A stretch of 64,000 nt of DNA from Octopus sinensis (GCF_006345805.1 NC_043016.1:29326001-29390000); one strand, 5' to 3'; shown: positions 25,427-37,975, counted from the stretch's first letter. Notes: generated by a model not told the origin, from the sequence alone. Numbers and translations: made by a program.

Positions 25427-26212
25427 TAAAAGAGTTTTCCTTCCGTTCTTGTCCTTTGAAAACACAGCATTTCTGGATGATTTGCTAACAGAGAAATGAC
25501 AAGAAATATCACTGCCCATAGCATTTTCATGTGAAGTGCAGACTGAAAATGTTTACACACACACACACACACACATGCAAACATACACTGATACAGACGC
25601 ACAAACACAGATCTATATGTACGATGCATACGTATATAATCAACTAACCAACCAACCAACCATTTGCTTATTCCATGGCACTATCTCCCAGCAGTATTGA
25701 ATGGCAATTTACACCAATAACGATGAAGAATCAATCTAATGATGGGTGATGGCATTACATGAACAAAAGAACTGGATTTGTTCAATTCTAGTGAAAGAGG
25801 TCTTTGACATTTATAAAGTAGAAAATATCTTAAAACCATACCAACAATATGGCTGGTTGGGAGCATTCTGTATTCAAAGTACAAATATGTTATAGATCCT
25901 CACCCACACATAATGGAGGGAGTTGAACAATCCCAATCAACTAAGATTATCAAACTGATCGTTTCACATTTTTCGTTTGTTTTTAGTTTTGTTTTTTGTT
26001 TCCATTTCTAGAATTCACTCCTTTTTCTGTGATGTTTGTTTTATATATTCTACCCCACCTTCTATGTGTGTGTGTGTGTATGTGTGCATGCATGTGTGTG
26101 TGTGTGTGCATGTGTGAGTGTGCATGTGTGTGTGCGTGTGTATGTGTGTGCATGTGTGTGCATGTGTACATGCGTGGGTGTGTGCATATGAGTGTGTGTC
26201 TCTCGCTTTCTT

Positions 26213-26283
<71 letters not shown>

Positions 26284-26656
26284 TTTCTTTTTTCCTCATG
26301 CATTTGAAATTCTTGACTGCTGCACAGCCTCAATGTACCAACACTGATTACTCCCACCAGTAAATACCAGAAGTCTATTCTTATTCACTGTTTTGATAAG
26401 TAACAGCCTCAGTTTTCCACCCCCTGGGACTACCATTGTCTTATCTGCATCCCATAATACACACACACACACACATCATGCACCTGATAGCCCAACCCTC
26501 CACCTCTCTGCCAGTCTCTCTCTCTCTCTCAGATCAGGATCCTGAGGTGACTCACTTAACAATGATAACACTTGTAACAGCAATAACAACAATCATAACA
26601 TTAGTAATTCTAATTGGTAGCAGTAATATACAGCACTTTCGTAGTATATGGTGTGA

Positions 26657-26985
26657 AGGCGCATGGCTCAGTGGTTAGAGCATCGAGCTTCCAATCATGA
26701 GGTTGTGAGTTCAAATCCTAGATAGGGCTGTGTGTTGTGTTCTTGAGCAAGACACTTTATTTCACATTGCTCCAGTTCACTCAGCTGTAGAAATGAGTTG
26801 CGATGTCACAGGTGCCAAGCTATATCGGGATTTGCCTTTCCCTTGGATAACAAGGGAGAGGAGAGGCTGGTATGCAGGGGTGACTGCTGGTCTTCCAGAA
26901 ACAACCTTGCCTGGACTTGTGTCTGGAGGGTAACTCTCTAGGTGCAATCCCAAGGTCAGTCATGACCGAAGGGTGGGGTGGGGTC
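26657..26985 (+). mobile_element. SINE-C copy
   Basis: tRNA-like head GGCGCATGGCTCAGTGGTTAGAGC...GAGTTCAAATCC and body CTTGAGCAAGACACTTTATTTCACATTGCTCCAG. Confidence 0.8.
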
Positions 26986-27048
26986 TCAATAGGTAGTATA
27001 TGTGACAGAGTGTTGGAAAATGAAGAAATGATGGCAAATTAAATGTAA

Positions 27049-27655
27049 TCATCATCATCATCGTTTAGCATTTGCTTTCCATGCTAGCATGGGTCGGACG
27101 GTTCAACTGGGGTCTGGGAAGCCAGAAGGTTGCACCAGGCCCAGTCTGATCTGGCAATGTTTCTACAGCTGGACGCCCTTCCTAATGCCAACCACTCCGT
27201 GAGTGTAGTAGGTGCTTTTACGTGCCACCGGCACAGGTGCCAGACAAGGCTGGCAAACGGCCACGATCGGATGGTGCTTTTTATGTGCCACCGGCACAGA
27301 GACCAGGTGAGGCTGGCAATGGCCACAATCGGATGGTGCTTTTTATGTGCCACCGGCATGGAAGCCAGTCGGGGTGGCGCTGGCAACGGCCATGTTCGGA
27401 TGGTTCTCTTACGTGCCACCAGCATTGGTATCACAGCTGCAATTTCCATTTGATGTAGATCGATTTTGATTTTGATTTTCACTTGCCTCAACAGGTCTTC
27501 ACAAGTAGTTTTGTGTCCCAAGAAGGAAAGGTATGCATAAGTGGACCAGCTACAACCCAGGTAGAGGCCATGGGTTATGGTCTCACTTGTCCTGCCGGGT
27601 CACTTGTCCTGCCAGGTCACTTGTCTTGCCAGGCATTCACTTGTCCTGCCGGGAC
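27049..27655 (-). mobile_element. 5'-truncated RTE LINE (3' UTR only)
   Basis: Matches the 3' UTR attached to the RTE ORF at 48597-49680; (GAT)n tail; VNTR units. Confidence 0.85.
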
Positions 27656-27754
27656 AAACATAAATGTGTGTATAGATTGTGTGAATCCTAGGAAATGAAG
27701 TGTTTTGCTCCAGAACACAATGCGTCACCTGGGTCCAGGAATTGAAATTGAGAT

Positions 27755-28470
27755 GAGACTAGTTACAGGTAACTCATCAGCAAATTATTTCCAGATGTGG
27801 TCCACAAACAAGATAAATAAATGACTAGAAGGACTGCCATTATGATAACTTGCTGCAGCTTAACATAATGACAGTTGACAATGAGCTTCCTTAACATGGC
27901 TGACAATTTACATGGACATGATGGTTTGTGTATCATTTCAGAGACTACAGATATGGTTCAAGAAATAAAGAGGGAGTAAGATTCTTAGGTGGAGGTGCAT
28001 GGCTTAGTGGTTAGGGTGTCAGCATCATGATCGTAAGATTGTGGTTTCAATTCCTGGACCCAGGTGACGCATTGTGTTCTGGAGCAAAACACTTCATTTC
28101 ACATTGCTCCAGTCCACTCAGCTGGCAAAAAGGAGTAATGCAGCGATGGACTGGCGTCTCGTCCAGCTGGGGAACACATACGCCATAGAAACCGGGAAAC
28201 CAGGCCCATGAGCCTGGCTAGGCTTTAAAAGGGCGCAAAGAAGAAGATTCTTAGAGTTTTGTGATATAACTGATTTAACAATTTGTAACATGCGCTTCAT
28301 GAAACAGCTAATTACCTCATCACCTACCAATCTGGTGGACATGCAAGTCAGATAAATTTCATTCGTACCAGAAATCAGAACAGGGAGATTACAAAAATAA
28401 AACATTTCTTGTGAAGAATGCACTTAGAATACACTTTCCAACATAGATTAGTGATTAGTGACTTCAGAGT
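27755..28470 (+). pseudogene. Old RTE LINE apurinic-endonuclease relic, split by a SINE-C
   Basis: YRYGSRNKEGVRFL | EFCDITDLTICNMRF..HLITYQSGGHASQ..HRLVISDF resembles the C-terminal half of the RTE APE domain. Confidence 0.6.
27989..28243 (+). mobile_element. SINE-C copy with 11-bp TSD
   Basis: TSD AAGATTCTTAG at 27978-27988 and 28244-28254. Confidence 0.85.
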
Positions 28471-28571
28471 CAGAGACAGGACACAATATGCAGAAAGAAA
28501 ACATGGAATTTTTGTACAATATGATTACCACACACTATATATCCACTGTATTTATACTGTGAATTTAGGTA

Positions 28572-28965
28572 TAGGAGTGGCAGTGTGGTAAGTAGCTTGC
28601 TTACCAACCACATGGTTCTGAGTTCTGTCCCACTGCATGGCACCTTCAGCAAGTGTCTGCTACTATAGCCTCAGACTGACCAAAGCCTTGTGAATGGATT
28701 TGGTAGACGGAAACTGAAAGAAGCTCATCATGGCCATTTGCCAGACTCGTCTGGCACCTGTGCCGGTGGCACGTAAAAAGCACCCACTACACTCACGGAG
28801 TGGTTGGCGTTAGGAAGGGCATCCAGCCGTAGAAACATTGCCAGATCAGACTGGGCCTGGTGCAGCCTTCTCGCTTCCCAGACTCCAGTTGAACTGTCCA
28901 ACTCATGCTAGCATGGAAAGCGGATGCTAAACGATGATGATGATGATGATGATGTATATATATGT

Positions 28966-29015
<50 letters not shown>

Positions 29016-29110
29016 GTGTCTGTGTTTGTTCCCCCAACATCGCTTGACAACTGATACGGGTGTGTTTATGTCCCCATAACTATGCAGTTCAGCAAAAAAG
29101 AACGATAGAA
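28572..29110 (+). mobile_element. SINE-A split by an RTE 3' UTR insertion (~28729-28952)
   Basis: SINE-A head to GAAAGAAGC, then RTE UTR with (GAT)n tail, then the TA/TG tract and SINE-A 3' body. Confidence 0.8.
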
Positions 29111-29179
29111 TTTTGATCAGTATACACGGAGAAAGGAGAGGGCAGGGAGAGAACCAGGGATAACTGTGGATCCTACTGT

Positions 29180-30450
29180 TGATATTGCTACTGTTCTTGC
29201 TGCTGCTGCTGTTGTGGCTGCTGCATCTGCTGCAGCTATACTATCGATAAAACAACTGATGCTGCTACTGTGCTGTTGTTGCTGTGGCTCCTGCAGTTGC
29301 TGCTGCTGATGGTGATAGTGGTGGTTGGTGGTGGTTGGTGGTGGTTGTGGTGGAGTCTGGCAGTGAGGAGGAGGAGGAGGAGGAGGAGTAGCTTGTTGCT
29401 ACTGCTATTGCTGATGATGATGGCAATGATGATGATGATAATGGTGGTGGTAGTGAGGAGGAGGAGGAGGAGGACAACTATGACAACGATGACAACAATG
29501 GTGATAACAACAATGATGACAATGGTTTGGTGATGTTGGAAGTGGTTGGGGAGAGGATGATTCTTATGGTAGTGCTGGTGGTAGTGCTGGTGGTAGTGGT
29601 TGTGGTGATGAGATGCTGATAATGATGATGATAACTGTAATGATGGCTATGATGATGATGATGCTTTTTGTTTTTTATTAATGTCCCAGTTTCAGACTTT
29701 AAAAGAAAATACATTTCCATGTCACGGACTCTGAAACCAACTCAATGTTTGCACTACAACTACCACCACCACCACCAATACCAACACCATCAGTAATATG
29801 ACCAACACCACCACTACTACCATTACTATTACTACTATCACTGTCATCATCATCAATATTACCACCACCATCACCACCACCACCAACACTAAGATCAACA
29901 TTACCAACACCACCATCACCACCATCACCACCAATGAAACTACCACCACCACCACCACTACTACCACCATCGTTATCATCATCATTATCATAATCACTAT
30001 CATTACCACCACCTCACCACTGCCACCACCACTACCATCATCATCACTGCCACCCTATTACCAACATCAACCCCAACATTATTGCCATTACCACCACCAC
30101 CACCACCACCACCACCACCATTACAACTGCCTACACTGCCATCTTCAGCATCACTACTGTTGCAATAACCAACACCACTACTACTACCACCACCATCCCA
30201 ACAAAAACCCAGATACAACTACCACCCACACCACCACTATCACCACCATTGCCACCACCATCAACATCACAACCATGAATACCACAACTACCAACACAGC
30301 CACCAGTACCACCACCAACATCACTACCACTACATCAACCATTAACAATACACCCACCAGCATCACCACCACCACTCTTACCACTACTAATACAATCAAC
30401 ACAACCATCATCAACACCAGACCACTACCTCTACTACATCCAACACTATA
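29180..30450. repeat. Compound trinucleotide low-complexity region
   Basis: (GCT), (GGT), (GAG), (GAT), then (ACC/ACT/ATC) runs. Confidence 0.9.
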
Positions 30451-30769
30451 ACAAGCCAGTAGTCGGATTAACAAACTAATCCATCGACAAGAGATTATGT
30501 TGTATTAGTCAGCAAAAATCCTCAACAGAGATTAAATCTCTAATACCTAGACTGACTTTTGTTTTTTTATTCTTCAGACTGTCCATTGATTTAGGAAATG
30601 TCTGCAAATTAACAATGACTAGGCAAAGACTAACTTGTCAAGGTTAGAGTTCACATCACATAGAGATCAATTTTACTTATCATTATTCATAGATAAACAA
30701 AGATGTACCAGTTATGTATTGCGGTCTGTAGAATTGGTTGTCGTCCTTGCTATTTCTTATTTTAGTTTA

Positions 30770-31207
30770 TTCTTTTATTCTTTTTCTTGTTTCAGTCATT
30801 TGACCGTAGCCATGCTGGAGCAGAGCCTTTTTGTTGAACAAATCAACCCCCAGGACTTATTCTTTGTAGGCCTAGTACTTATTCTATCGGCCTCTTTTGC
30901 CAAACTGATAAGTTAGTGGGGCATAAACATGCCAGCATCGATTGTCAAGCATTAGTGGGGTACACACACATACACAAATATATACATACTATTTTTACTC
31001 TTTTACTTGTTTCAGTCATTTGACTGTGGCCATGCTGGAGCACCGCCTTTTTTAGTTGAGCAAATCGACCCCAGGACTTATTCTTTGTAAGCCTAGTACT
31101 TATTCTATTGGTCTCTTTTGCTGAACTGTTAAGTTACAGGGACATAAAGACACCAGCATTGGTTATCAAGCAATGTTGGGGGTACAAACACAGACGCACA
31201 AACACAT

Positions 31208-31244
<37 letters not shown>

Positions 31245-31448
31245 CGATGTGCTACATATATATATGATGGGCTTCTTTCAGTTTCCATCTACCAAATCCC
31301 CTTACAAGGCTTTGGTCGGCATGAGGCTATCGTAGAAGACTCTTACCCAAGGTGCCACGCAGTGGGACTGAACCTGAAGCCACATGGTTTGGAAGCAAAC
31401 TTCTTACCACACAGCTATGCCTATGCCTATACAGCCACTCCTACACCT
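30770..31448 (-). mobile_element. SINE-A 3' half plus a full SINE-A in tandem
   Basis: Two reverse-complement SINE-A 3' bodies and one head at ~31440. Confidence 0.85.
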
Positions 31449-31916
31449 AGTAACAATGTAAGAAATCACCAAATAACTATTATTCTGTGACTGAATCAGC
31501 TTATGAATTCCAATCTGGTTAAAAGCTCAACTTTGCCTGTCACTTTTCCAGAAGTTGATAGAATAAAGTACCAGTCATGTACTGGGGGGGGGGGTCAATG
31601 TAATTGTCTAGTCTTCCCCAATCCTCAAAATTATTGGTTTTGTGTTTAAATTAAAGATAATTATTATTGTTGTGGTGAAGATGGTGAGCTGGCAGAATTA
31701 TTAGAATGCCATGCAAAATGCTTAACAGCATTTCATCCATCTTTATGTTCTGAGATCAAATTCCGCTGAAGTTGTGCTTGCCTTTTATCCATTCAAAGTC
31801 AATAAAATAAATAGCAGTTGAGCACTGGGGTCAATGTATTTAACTTACCCCCTCCCTTCAAATTGCTGGCCTTGTGCCAAAATATGAAACCCCTATTATT
31901 ATTATCATTATTATTA

Positions 31917-31965
<49 letters not shown>

Positions 31966-32258
31966 GTAGCCGTACACAGCGCTGCCCTGACTGGCCTCCG
32001 TGCCGGTGACACATAAAAAGCACCATCCGATCGTGGCCGTTGCCAGCTTCATCTGGTTTCCGTGCTGGTGGCACGTAAAAAGCACCATCCGATCATGGCC
32101 GGAGTGGTTGGCGTTAGGAAGGGCATCCAGCTGTAGAAACACTGCCAGATCAAACTGGGCCTGGTGCAGCCTTCTGGCTTCACAGACCCCAGTTGAACCA
32201 TCCAACCCATGCTAGCATGGAAAGCAGACGTTAAACGATGATGATAATGATGATGATT
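31966..32258 (+). mobile_element. RTE 3' UTR fragment
   Basis: VNTR units, GGAAGGGCATCCAGC...CATGCTAGCATGG, (GAT)n tail. Confidence 0.85.
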
Positions 32259-32289
32259 ATTATTATTATTATTGTTATTATTATTATTG

Positions 32290-32800
32290 AGTGAGAGAGC
32301 AGTGCATGCCATCAAAGTGACACTGGGGTAAAATATACACACTGTCCAGTATACTCATCATGACTACGTCTGGCGATGTGGTGATTTCATATCAAGGTAA
32401 ACAGCACATGACCTTGCAGGTGAGGACCAGTTAGAATTTTCTTCTGGTCAAGTAACCCATCCTGTTCAAAAGGTCCCTGAATAAGGGTTGTTTAAGGATG
32501 TTGAATGAAACACCCATGTTTCCAAAGGTGAATTAACCAAACCCCAAAGAATTCCTCTCAACACATGGCTATGATGCTCCCCCACTACTTCTGCTCGTGA
32601 TCAGAGATGCACATATCGTCAGCCACTAAGGGACATGCTCAACTGGTTAAGGTCAAACATTGGACAAGCAAATCTGTGGTACTGAGCAGAATATTTGCTG
32701 TAGCCCATCTTTTATACCAAGACAAAACAATGTACATGATAACACTTCCAGTCAGTTAAGATCAAAATCCACGAGAGGCACTGCCTGGTACCACATCAGG
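32290..32800 (-). mobile_element. ~500-bp retroposon-like repeat with (AAT)n tail (copy 1)
   Basis: Clearly homologous to 61608-62045; embedded in (ATT)n. Confidence 0.75.
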
Positions 32801-32825
32801 GCATTTATTATTATTGTTCTTATCA

Positions 32826-33290
32826 GGCAGCGAGCTGGCAGAATCATTAGCATGCCAAACAAAATGCTTAATGGTATTTCATCCAGGCGGTGAGCTGGGA
32901 GAAGCGTTAGCACGCCGGGCATAATGCTTTGCGGTATTTCGTCTGCCGTTACGTTGTGAGTTCAAATTCCGCCGAGGTCGACTTTGCCTTTCATCCTTTT
33001 GGGGTCGATAAATTAAGCACCACTTACGCACTGGGGTCGATGTATTCGACTTAATACCTATGTCTGTCCTTGTTTGTCCCCTCTATGTTTAGCCCCTTGT
33101 GGGTAATAAAGAAATAGGTATTTCATCCATCCTTACATTCTGAGTTCAAACTTTCCTGAGGTCAACTTTACCTTTCATCCTTTCGGGATCAATAAATTAA
33201 GTACCAGTTGTGTACTGGAATCGATCTAATCAACTGCCCCCTCCCACCAAATTTCAGGCCTTGTGCCTATAGCAGAAAGGATCATCATCA
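32826..33290 (+). mobile_element. Young SINE-B (32886-33116) nested inside an older SINE-B
   Basis: TSD GGTATTTCATCCA at 32873-32885 and 33117-33129; the halves of the old copy join up across the insert. Confidence 0.88.
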
Positions 33291-33420
33291 TCATTATTAT
33301 TATTAAAGTAAATTTGCTTGGACATCAGAAAAAAAATGATGTACAGTATTGGTTAAGATTCTTTAAATTGTATAGTACAAACCCTACAAAAGTTAGCTTG
33401 GCCTTTTCTCTCTCTGGAGT

Positions 33421-34955
33421 TCATCATCATCATCATCCTCATTTAACGTCCGCTTTCCATGCTAGCATGGGTTGGACGGTTCAACTGGAGTCTGGGGAGC
33501 CCGAAGGCTGCACCAGGCCAGTCAGATCTGGCAGTGTTTCTACAGCTGGATGCCCTTCCTAACGCTAACCACTCCGAGAGTGTAGTGGGTGATTTTATGT
33601 GCCACCGACACAGGTGCCAGACGAGGCTGGCGAACGGCCACGCTCGGATGGTGTTTTTATGTGCCACCGACACAGGTGCCAGACGAGGTGGCAGACGGCC
33701 ACGCTCGGATGGGTGTTTTATGTGCCACCGACACAAGTGCCAGATGAGTCTGGCGAACGGCCACGATCGGATGGTGCTTGTTACGTGCCCACAGCACGGA
33801 GGCAGTCGATGCGGTACTGGCTACGGCCACGTTCGGATGGTTTTCTTGTGTGCCACCGGCACTGGTACCACAAAGATACAAATTCCATTGATGTTCATCT
33901 ATTTTGATTTGGTTTGATTTTCACTTGCCTCAACAGGTCTTCACAACTGTCACACATTGCCTCAACAGGTCTTCACAAGTGTCACATACTTGCCTCAACA
34001 GGTCTTCACAAGTGTCATAAGAAGGAAGGTATGCACAGGTGGACTGACTACGTCCCAGGTAGGGCCCACGGGTTATGGCCTGACTAGTCTTGCCGGGTCT
34101 TTGGATGGTGTTTTTATGTGCCACCAACACAGGGCCAGATGAGGATGGCGAACGGCCACGATCGGATGGTGTTTGTTACGTGCCCACAGCACGGAGGCTA
34201 GTCGATGTGGTACTGGCTACCGCCACGTCGGATGGTTTTCTTGTGTGCCACCGGCATTGGTACCACAAAGATACAATTCCATTGATGTCATCTATTTTGA
34301 TTTGTTTTGATTTGATTTGATTATGATTATTATTATTATTATTATTATTATCACTTGCCTCAACAGGCCTTCACAAGTGTCATTTGATTTGATTAGCACT
34401 TGCCTCAACAGGTCTTCACAAGTGTCATAAGAAGGAAGGTATGCACAGGTGGACTGACTACGTCCCAGGAAGGGGCCACGGGCTATGGCCTGACTAGTCT
34501 TGCCGGGTCTTCGGACAGGTGCCAGATGAGGCTGGCGAACGGCCACGATCGGATGGCGTTTGTTATGTGCCCACAGCACGGAGGCCAGTCGATGCGGTAC
34601 TGGCTACAGCCACGTTCGGATGTTTTTCTTGTGTGCCACCGGCACTGGTACCACAGAGATACAGATTCCATTGATGTTCATCTATTTTGATTTGTTTTGA
34701 TTTTTTGATTTGTTGATTTTCACTTGCCTCAACAGGTCTTCACAAGTGTCACAAGAAGGAGAGGTATGCACAGGTGGACTGACTACGTCCCAGGTAGGGG
34801 CCACCACGATCGGATGGTGTTTGTTATGTGCCCACATCACAGAGGCCAGTCGATGCGGTACTGGCTACGGCCACGTTCGGATGGTTTTCTTGTGTGCCAC
34901 CGGTACTGGTACCACAAAGATACAAATTCCATTGATGTTCATCTACTTTGATTTG
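33421..34955 (-). repeat. Tandemly amplified RTE 3' UTR (about four ~270-400-bp modules)
   Basis: A single (GAT)n terminus at ~33421. The module GTCGATGCGGTACTGGCTAC...GATACAAATTCCATTGATG recurs at ~33805, 34200, 34588 and 34848. Confidence 0.85.
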
Positions 34956-35320
34956 GTTTGATAAAATAAAATATGTACAATGTCAAAAATGGAATAATTT
35001 CCTCCTCTGAAACTTCGACCTTGTACCAATCTTAGAAATGATTATTTAAAGGTGGAAAGTTGGTGGAATCATTAGCATTTTGGACAAAAATGCTTAGTCA
35101 CACTTCTTTTGGCTTCACATTCTGTGTTTAAATGTTGCTGAGTGTTGACTTCACTTTTTATCGTATCAGAAATGATGATATTGCAGGGGTGGGGGTGATG
35201 TAATCGACTAGCCCCTCTCCCAACCAAAATTTCAGGCCTTGAATCAAAACTTAGAAAGAATTAAGAATATTGTAACAAATTGGTGGGTATTGATTGGTAG
35301 AATTGGTAAACACACTTTAA

Positions 35321-35551
35321 GGCAGCGAGCTGGCAGAAATGTTAGCACACCGGGCGAAATGCTTAGCAGTATTTCATCTGCCATTATGTTCTGAGTTCAA
35401 ATTCCGCCAAGGTAGACTTTGCCTTTCATCCTTTCGGGGTTGATAAATTAAGTACCAGTTATGCACTGGGGTCGATGCAATCGACTTAATACCTTTGTCT
35501 GTCCTTGTTTGTCCTCTCTATGTTTAGCCCCTTGTGGGCAATAAAGAAATA
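35321..35551 (+). mobile_element. Young SINE-B (C-type) with TSD
   Basis: TSD AGAATTGGTAAACACAC at 35299-35315 and 35552-35568. Confidence 0.88.
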
Positions 35552-35943
35552 AGAATTGGTAAACACACATATAAAGTTGTGTTCTACCATCATCATCATC
35601 ATCATCATCATCCTTGTCATCATCATCTTTGTCGTTGTCATCATTGTCAATATCATTATCATCATCATCATCAACATCATTTTTGTATCCGCCTTCCATG
35701 TTTTGCATTGGTTGGACGCTTTGACATGTTCCAACATGACTGCTACGCCATATTCCAATGTCTCAGTGTTGGCAAGGTTTCTAAAGCTGAATGCCTTTTT
35801 TTATTACACCAACCATTTTATAGAATATACTGGGTGCTATCTGTGGCTCTAGTATTAGTGATGTCACCATGTAATTGGCAAGAGTAAAGAATCATCATAG
35901 ATGAAAGAAAAACATGAGAGAAAGGGCAAAGAATTTTGGCAGG

Positions 35944-35978
<35 letters not shown>

Positions 35979-37136
35979 CACAGAGGCAAACATAAAAACA
36001 ATAACAATGAACATACAAATGATAGCAAAAGCAAAACAACAATAATTACAGCCAAAATGAACCATAACAAAATCTCCGAACTGTCAGGGTTAGACCCAAA
36101 TAAGATCAGTAATGGTATTGTATGTCAACATGAATTAGCTGAATGAAATTCTTGGGGTTTTTTTGGGGTTTTTTTTTGCTATAATCCAGTAAAGTCAGTG
36201 TGTTGGAAGAATTATGATTGTATCATTCCTCTGTTTTTAGAATTTTACCAAATATCGAAGTGTTAATTTGTGTCATTGATGTCTATAGTAAGTTTATGTG
36301 GTCTACGGTATTGGCTGCCACCATTCCAAGTTCACAGTAACATGTCCCATGTCGGTGTCACAATTGAATTACACTTGTAAATAATTGTGATGATGATGAT
36401 GTGGGCTTCCATAGAGGTTGATTGATTTATTTAACTGAAGAACACCAGACTCTGAGAATGAAAATCATGACAGGCACATCAAGCAGAACCACTGTTGGTG
36501 GCCTCACATCAAAGGAATCGCATGTGGGGACGGGTGGGGAGGCAGTCAACTGGAAATATTTCCTCGGCTATCTTCACCAACATCAACATCACTGCTACTG
36601 CCACCACTGACAACAACAACATCACCACTGGCACCACCATCATCACCACCATCAACATTACCAACAGCCACATCTTAAACTAAGGAATAGATATATAAAG
36701 GAAAGAATGAATGAATGAATGAATGAATGAATGAATGAAAGAATGAATGAATAGATGAATAAATAAAAGATGTAAGATTAACAAAAAGAACTTAATATTT
36801 TATTTTCTTTCATGGCTTCCAATTATGGTTGAAGTGAGAAACTGAAATAAAATGTCAGTTTTAATCACAAGAATCTCCAGTCAAATTCACATAAAAAACT
36901 TTTCTTTATTCCTTTTATCCTTTCATTCATTCTTTCTTTTTTTTCTTTCTCTCTCTCTCTCTTTCATTCATTCTTTCTTTCCTTTCTTCCTTTCTCTCCT
37001 TTCATCACTCTTTTCAAACTGACTTTTTCTTTTAGTCCAGTATTCCATTCAACATTTGCAATTGTTAATCCAGATATGTTTATTTTTTCCTCTCTCCTTT
37101 TTTATTTCCTTCTCTTCATGGTTTCGTTCCTCATTC

Positions 37137-37173
37137 TTTTCTGTAGAAGAGCATAGGCTCGAAATGTCAAAAA
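37137..37173 (+). ncRNA. Minimal hammerhead-ribozyme-like motif
   Basis: TTTT-CTGTAGA-A-GAGC(ATAG)GCTC-GAAAT-GTC-AAAA. Perfect stem II and stem I pairing; two core deviations (A6 to T, and GAAAC to GAAAT at a CpG). Confidence 0.55.
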
Positions 37174-37660
37174 CTTCTTCCATTTTTCATGAGCAGCAAA
37201 CTAATACATTTTGTTTGTCATTCCTTAGTATGCCTGTGTCTTCTATTTTTTTCTTTCTTCTTTTCATACAATTATGAACCATAGTCCAATATATATTGGA
37301 TTATCAAATTTTTTTTTCTACTTGGCACTCCATCTTCATATGTCTGCAAAAAAGTCAAATTTATTTAAATTTCAAAACAGTAAACAAAAAGTTGTCGAGG
37401 AAGAATAGATCTACGAAGGAAAGAACATCCATAAAACATTATGATAAAAAATATTTTCATCTTAATTCATAGAAATGGATTAAAATAAATGAAAAAAATT
37501 ATAAACAAATTTATCTGAAAATCCAATATTACACACATACACTCACACACACACACACGCACATGTGTGTGTGTGTTAGGCAGAAGATCAGCAATTGTGA
37601 GGTGACTGACATGTTATTGTATGGATTTCAGAAGGATGAGAAAAAATATGAACTCAGAAC

Positions 37661-37748
<88 letters not shown>

Positions 37749-37764
37749 TAATAATAATTATCTT

Positions 37765-37975
37765 TTCTACTAAAGGCACAAGGCCTGAAATTTTGGGAGA
37801 GGAGACTAGTCAATTATATTGACCCCAGTGCTTCACTGGTACTTATTTTATCAACCCCAAAAGGATGAAAGGCAAAGATGCCCTCAGTGGAATTTGAACT
37901 CAGCACATAGTGATAGGCGAAATATCACTAAGGATTTCATTCAGTGTGCGAACAATACTGCCAGCTCACCACCTT
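37765..37975 (-). mobile_element. Older SINE-B with long (TTA)n tail (37665-37760)
   Basis: Reverse complement of SINE-B. Confidence 0.75.

Noticed and set aside
36422-36683. Possible host exon (non-repetitive, moderate GC)
   Set aside because: No recognisable domain, no convincing splice-site pair, and it runs into a trinucleotide repeat.
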